DNA of 64,000 nt, taken from the sequence record LT598654.1; one strand, 5' to 3'. The first letter of the stretch is position 1, and every line of letters begins with the position of its first letter. The translations under genes were made by a program, and so were the position numbers. Below, piece by piece: positions 63,115-64,000 of the stretch. The notes under the pieces are model-generated. The model did not search any database, was not told the DNA's origin, and saw only the letters and a list, made by a program, of their open reading frames with translations.

Positions 63115-64000
63115 AACATTTCCTTAACTAGTGAATGCCTAATCCAGGTACGACATTCATCAAAAGTTTGTCGAATAGGATTTAATAAAACAACTTGGTT
63201 TGAATTAACAACGGTATAGGGCTGTGAACTATCACGACCAGACCTGTAAGCACTTTCGTTGAAGCCTTCAAATAATTTGATAACCCAACTACGACGCGAC
63301 TTACCGTTACCGTTAATCTTTGGATCAGATTCAACCTGACCGATCTGTCTACCAGAAAACATTACATCGTAGCGAGTACGGTCTGCATGTGCAGTTCGCT
63401 TTTGTGCAGGACAGACTTTAAAACTGATTCGAGGAATAGCACCTGATTCAGACTCCAACATATCCAATTCACCTGGAATGTCAATCTCGTCCTCTTCATC
63501 ATCCTCCAGTTCAGAGTCAATGTCTTCTTGGCTAGGCTTGTACCCTTCTTCAATCATTTCATACCTTGACTGTAAGAGGGCTACTTTCTCACTCAGACTG
63601 TTAATATCGATCTGTTTGAACCAATCCAAGTAACGTTGGATAAAGGTATCTAAGGTATCGAGTACTTTGGGGTCTTCGTCTTCGAATTCCTCGTCTTCCT
63701 CAGGTTCCTCTTCCTCAGCACTCAAGCTTCGTAACCTAACGTCAACCATTGAGTCGAACCATTGCGTTATGTCAGATAGCCATTGGTTTTCTTCTGTGTC
63801 TTTTCTGACACTAGAGTTAGATTCCATTTGAGGCTGGTCTGCACCCACTACGTCTTTGAGTTCTTTGTAATTGGTAGGCCCCATAAATATACTAAGAAGT
63901 ACGTGACCTACTGTTTTACCTGTTGAAGCGTATCGCTGTCTACCTAAAAGGTTTTCAGTGATAGAGTCAAGAATCTTGGTTGCTTTACGTGCTCCTGCTT
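63111..64000 (-). CDS. C-terminal part of a larger acidic protein (5'-truncated by window edge)
   Basis: The frame of the 63884 ATG stays open to base 64000 (AGARKATKILDSITENLLG...SIFMGPT); acidic tracts and ESNSS/SLSA/ESESG motifs. Confidence 0.7.
   Translation of the reverse strand, partial: AGARKATKILDSITENLLGRQRYASTGKTVGHVLLSIFMGPTNYKELKDVVGADQPQMESNSSVRKDTEENQWLSDITQWFDSMVDVRLRSLSAEEEEPEEDEEFEDEDPKVLDTLDTFIQRYLDWFKQIDINSLSEKVALLQSRYEMIEEGYKPSQEDIDSELEDDEEDEIDIPGELDMLESESGAIPRISFKVCPAQKRTAHADRTRYDVMFSGRQIGQVESDPKINGNGKSRRSWVIKLFEGFNESAYRSGRDSSQPYTVVNSNQVVLLNPIRQTFDECRTWIRHSLVKEML

Larger units (their letters stand above)
1..64000. other. Segment of a jumbo contractile-tailed phage genome (Lu11/PaBG/Y3-like architecture)
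   Basis: Capsid, scaffold, prohead protease, sheath, T4 gp19-like tubes, gp5/gp27/gp53-like baseplate genes, TopoIB, Dam, DHFR and dTMP kinase. Genes are tightly packed and co-oriented, with no bacterial housekeeping context. Group assignment is from recollection of family gene content. Confidence 0.9.

Noticed and set aside
63111-63884. ORF track start at 63884
   Set aside because: The frame stays open to the window edge, so the true start lies outside the window.
1-64000. Stop-codon reassignment, CRISPR array, tRNA cluster, inteins or introns
   Set aside because: Standard code 11 gives full-length, densely packed genes. I saw no regularly spaced repeats, T-loop/cloverleaf patterns, or intein/homing motifs by eye.

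Overview
The window is a gene-dense segment of a jumbo myovirus genome. Its architecture resembles the Lu11/PaBG/Y3 ('hairy' myovirus) group; this assignment is from remembered family features, not a search. Bases 1-7.8 kb (+ strand) carry small early/metabolic genes: Dam methylase, a stand-alone HDOD protein, DHH phosphoesterase and DHFR. A ~460-nt ORF-free gap follows, containing a strongly base-paired candidate ncRNA. Bases 8.1-64 kb (- strand) are the morphogenesis region: prohead protease, scaffold, major capsid protein, sheath, tubes, tape measure and baseplate hub/spike. Interleaved with these are topoisomerase IB, a zincin peptidase, a permuted NlpC/P60 protein, dTMP kinase, MmcB, an Acb1-like 2H phosphodiesterase and a QueD-like enzyme. 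The most striking structure has four parts. (1) A 14-member tandem paralog array (17.2-30.9 kb) shares one scaffold fold: nine members carry a variable carbohydrate-binding-like insert and five lack it. (2) A recurring hydrophobic-S-x-S-[A/S/G] motif occurs at N-termini and domain junctions of head-module proteins, a candidate capsid-targeting or protease-cleavage code marking a set of injected enzymes. (3) The phage carries a bacterial-type outer-membrane porin plus small periplasmic binding protein pair, along with other gammaproteobacterial-type signalling genes. (4) The candidate ncRNA at ~7.15-7.43 kb. I saw no tRNA, rRNA, CRISPR array, integrase, transposase or reverse transcriptase. All family assignments are by motif recognition and need HMM or structure confirmation.
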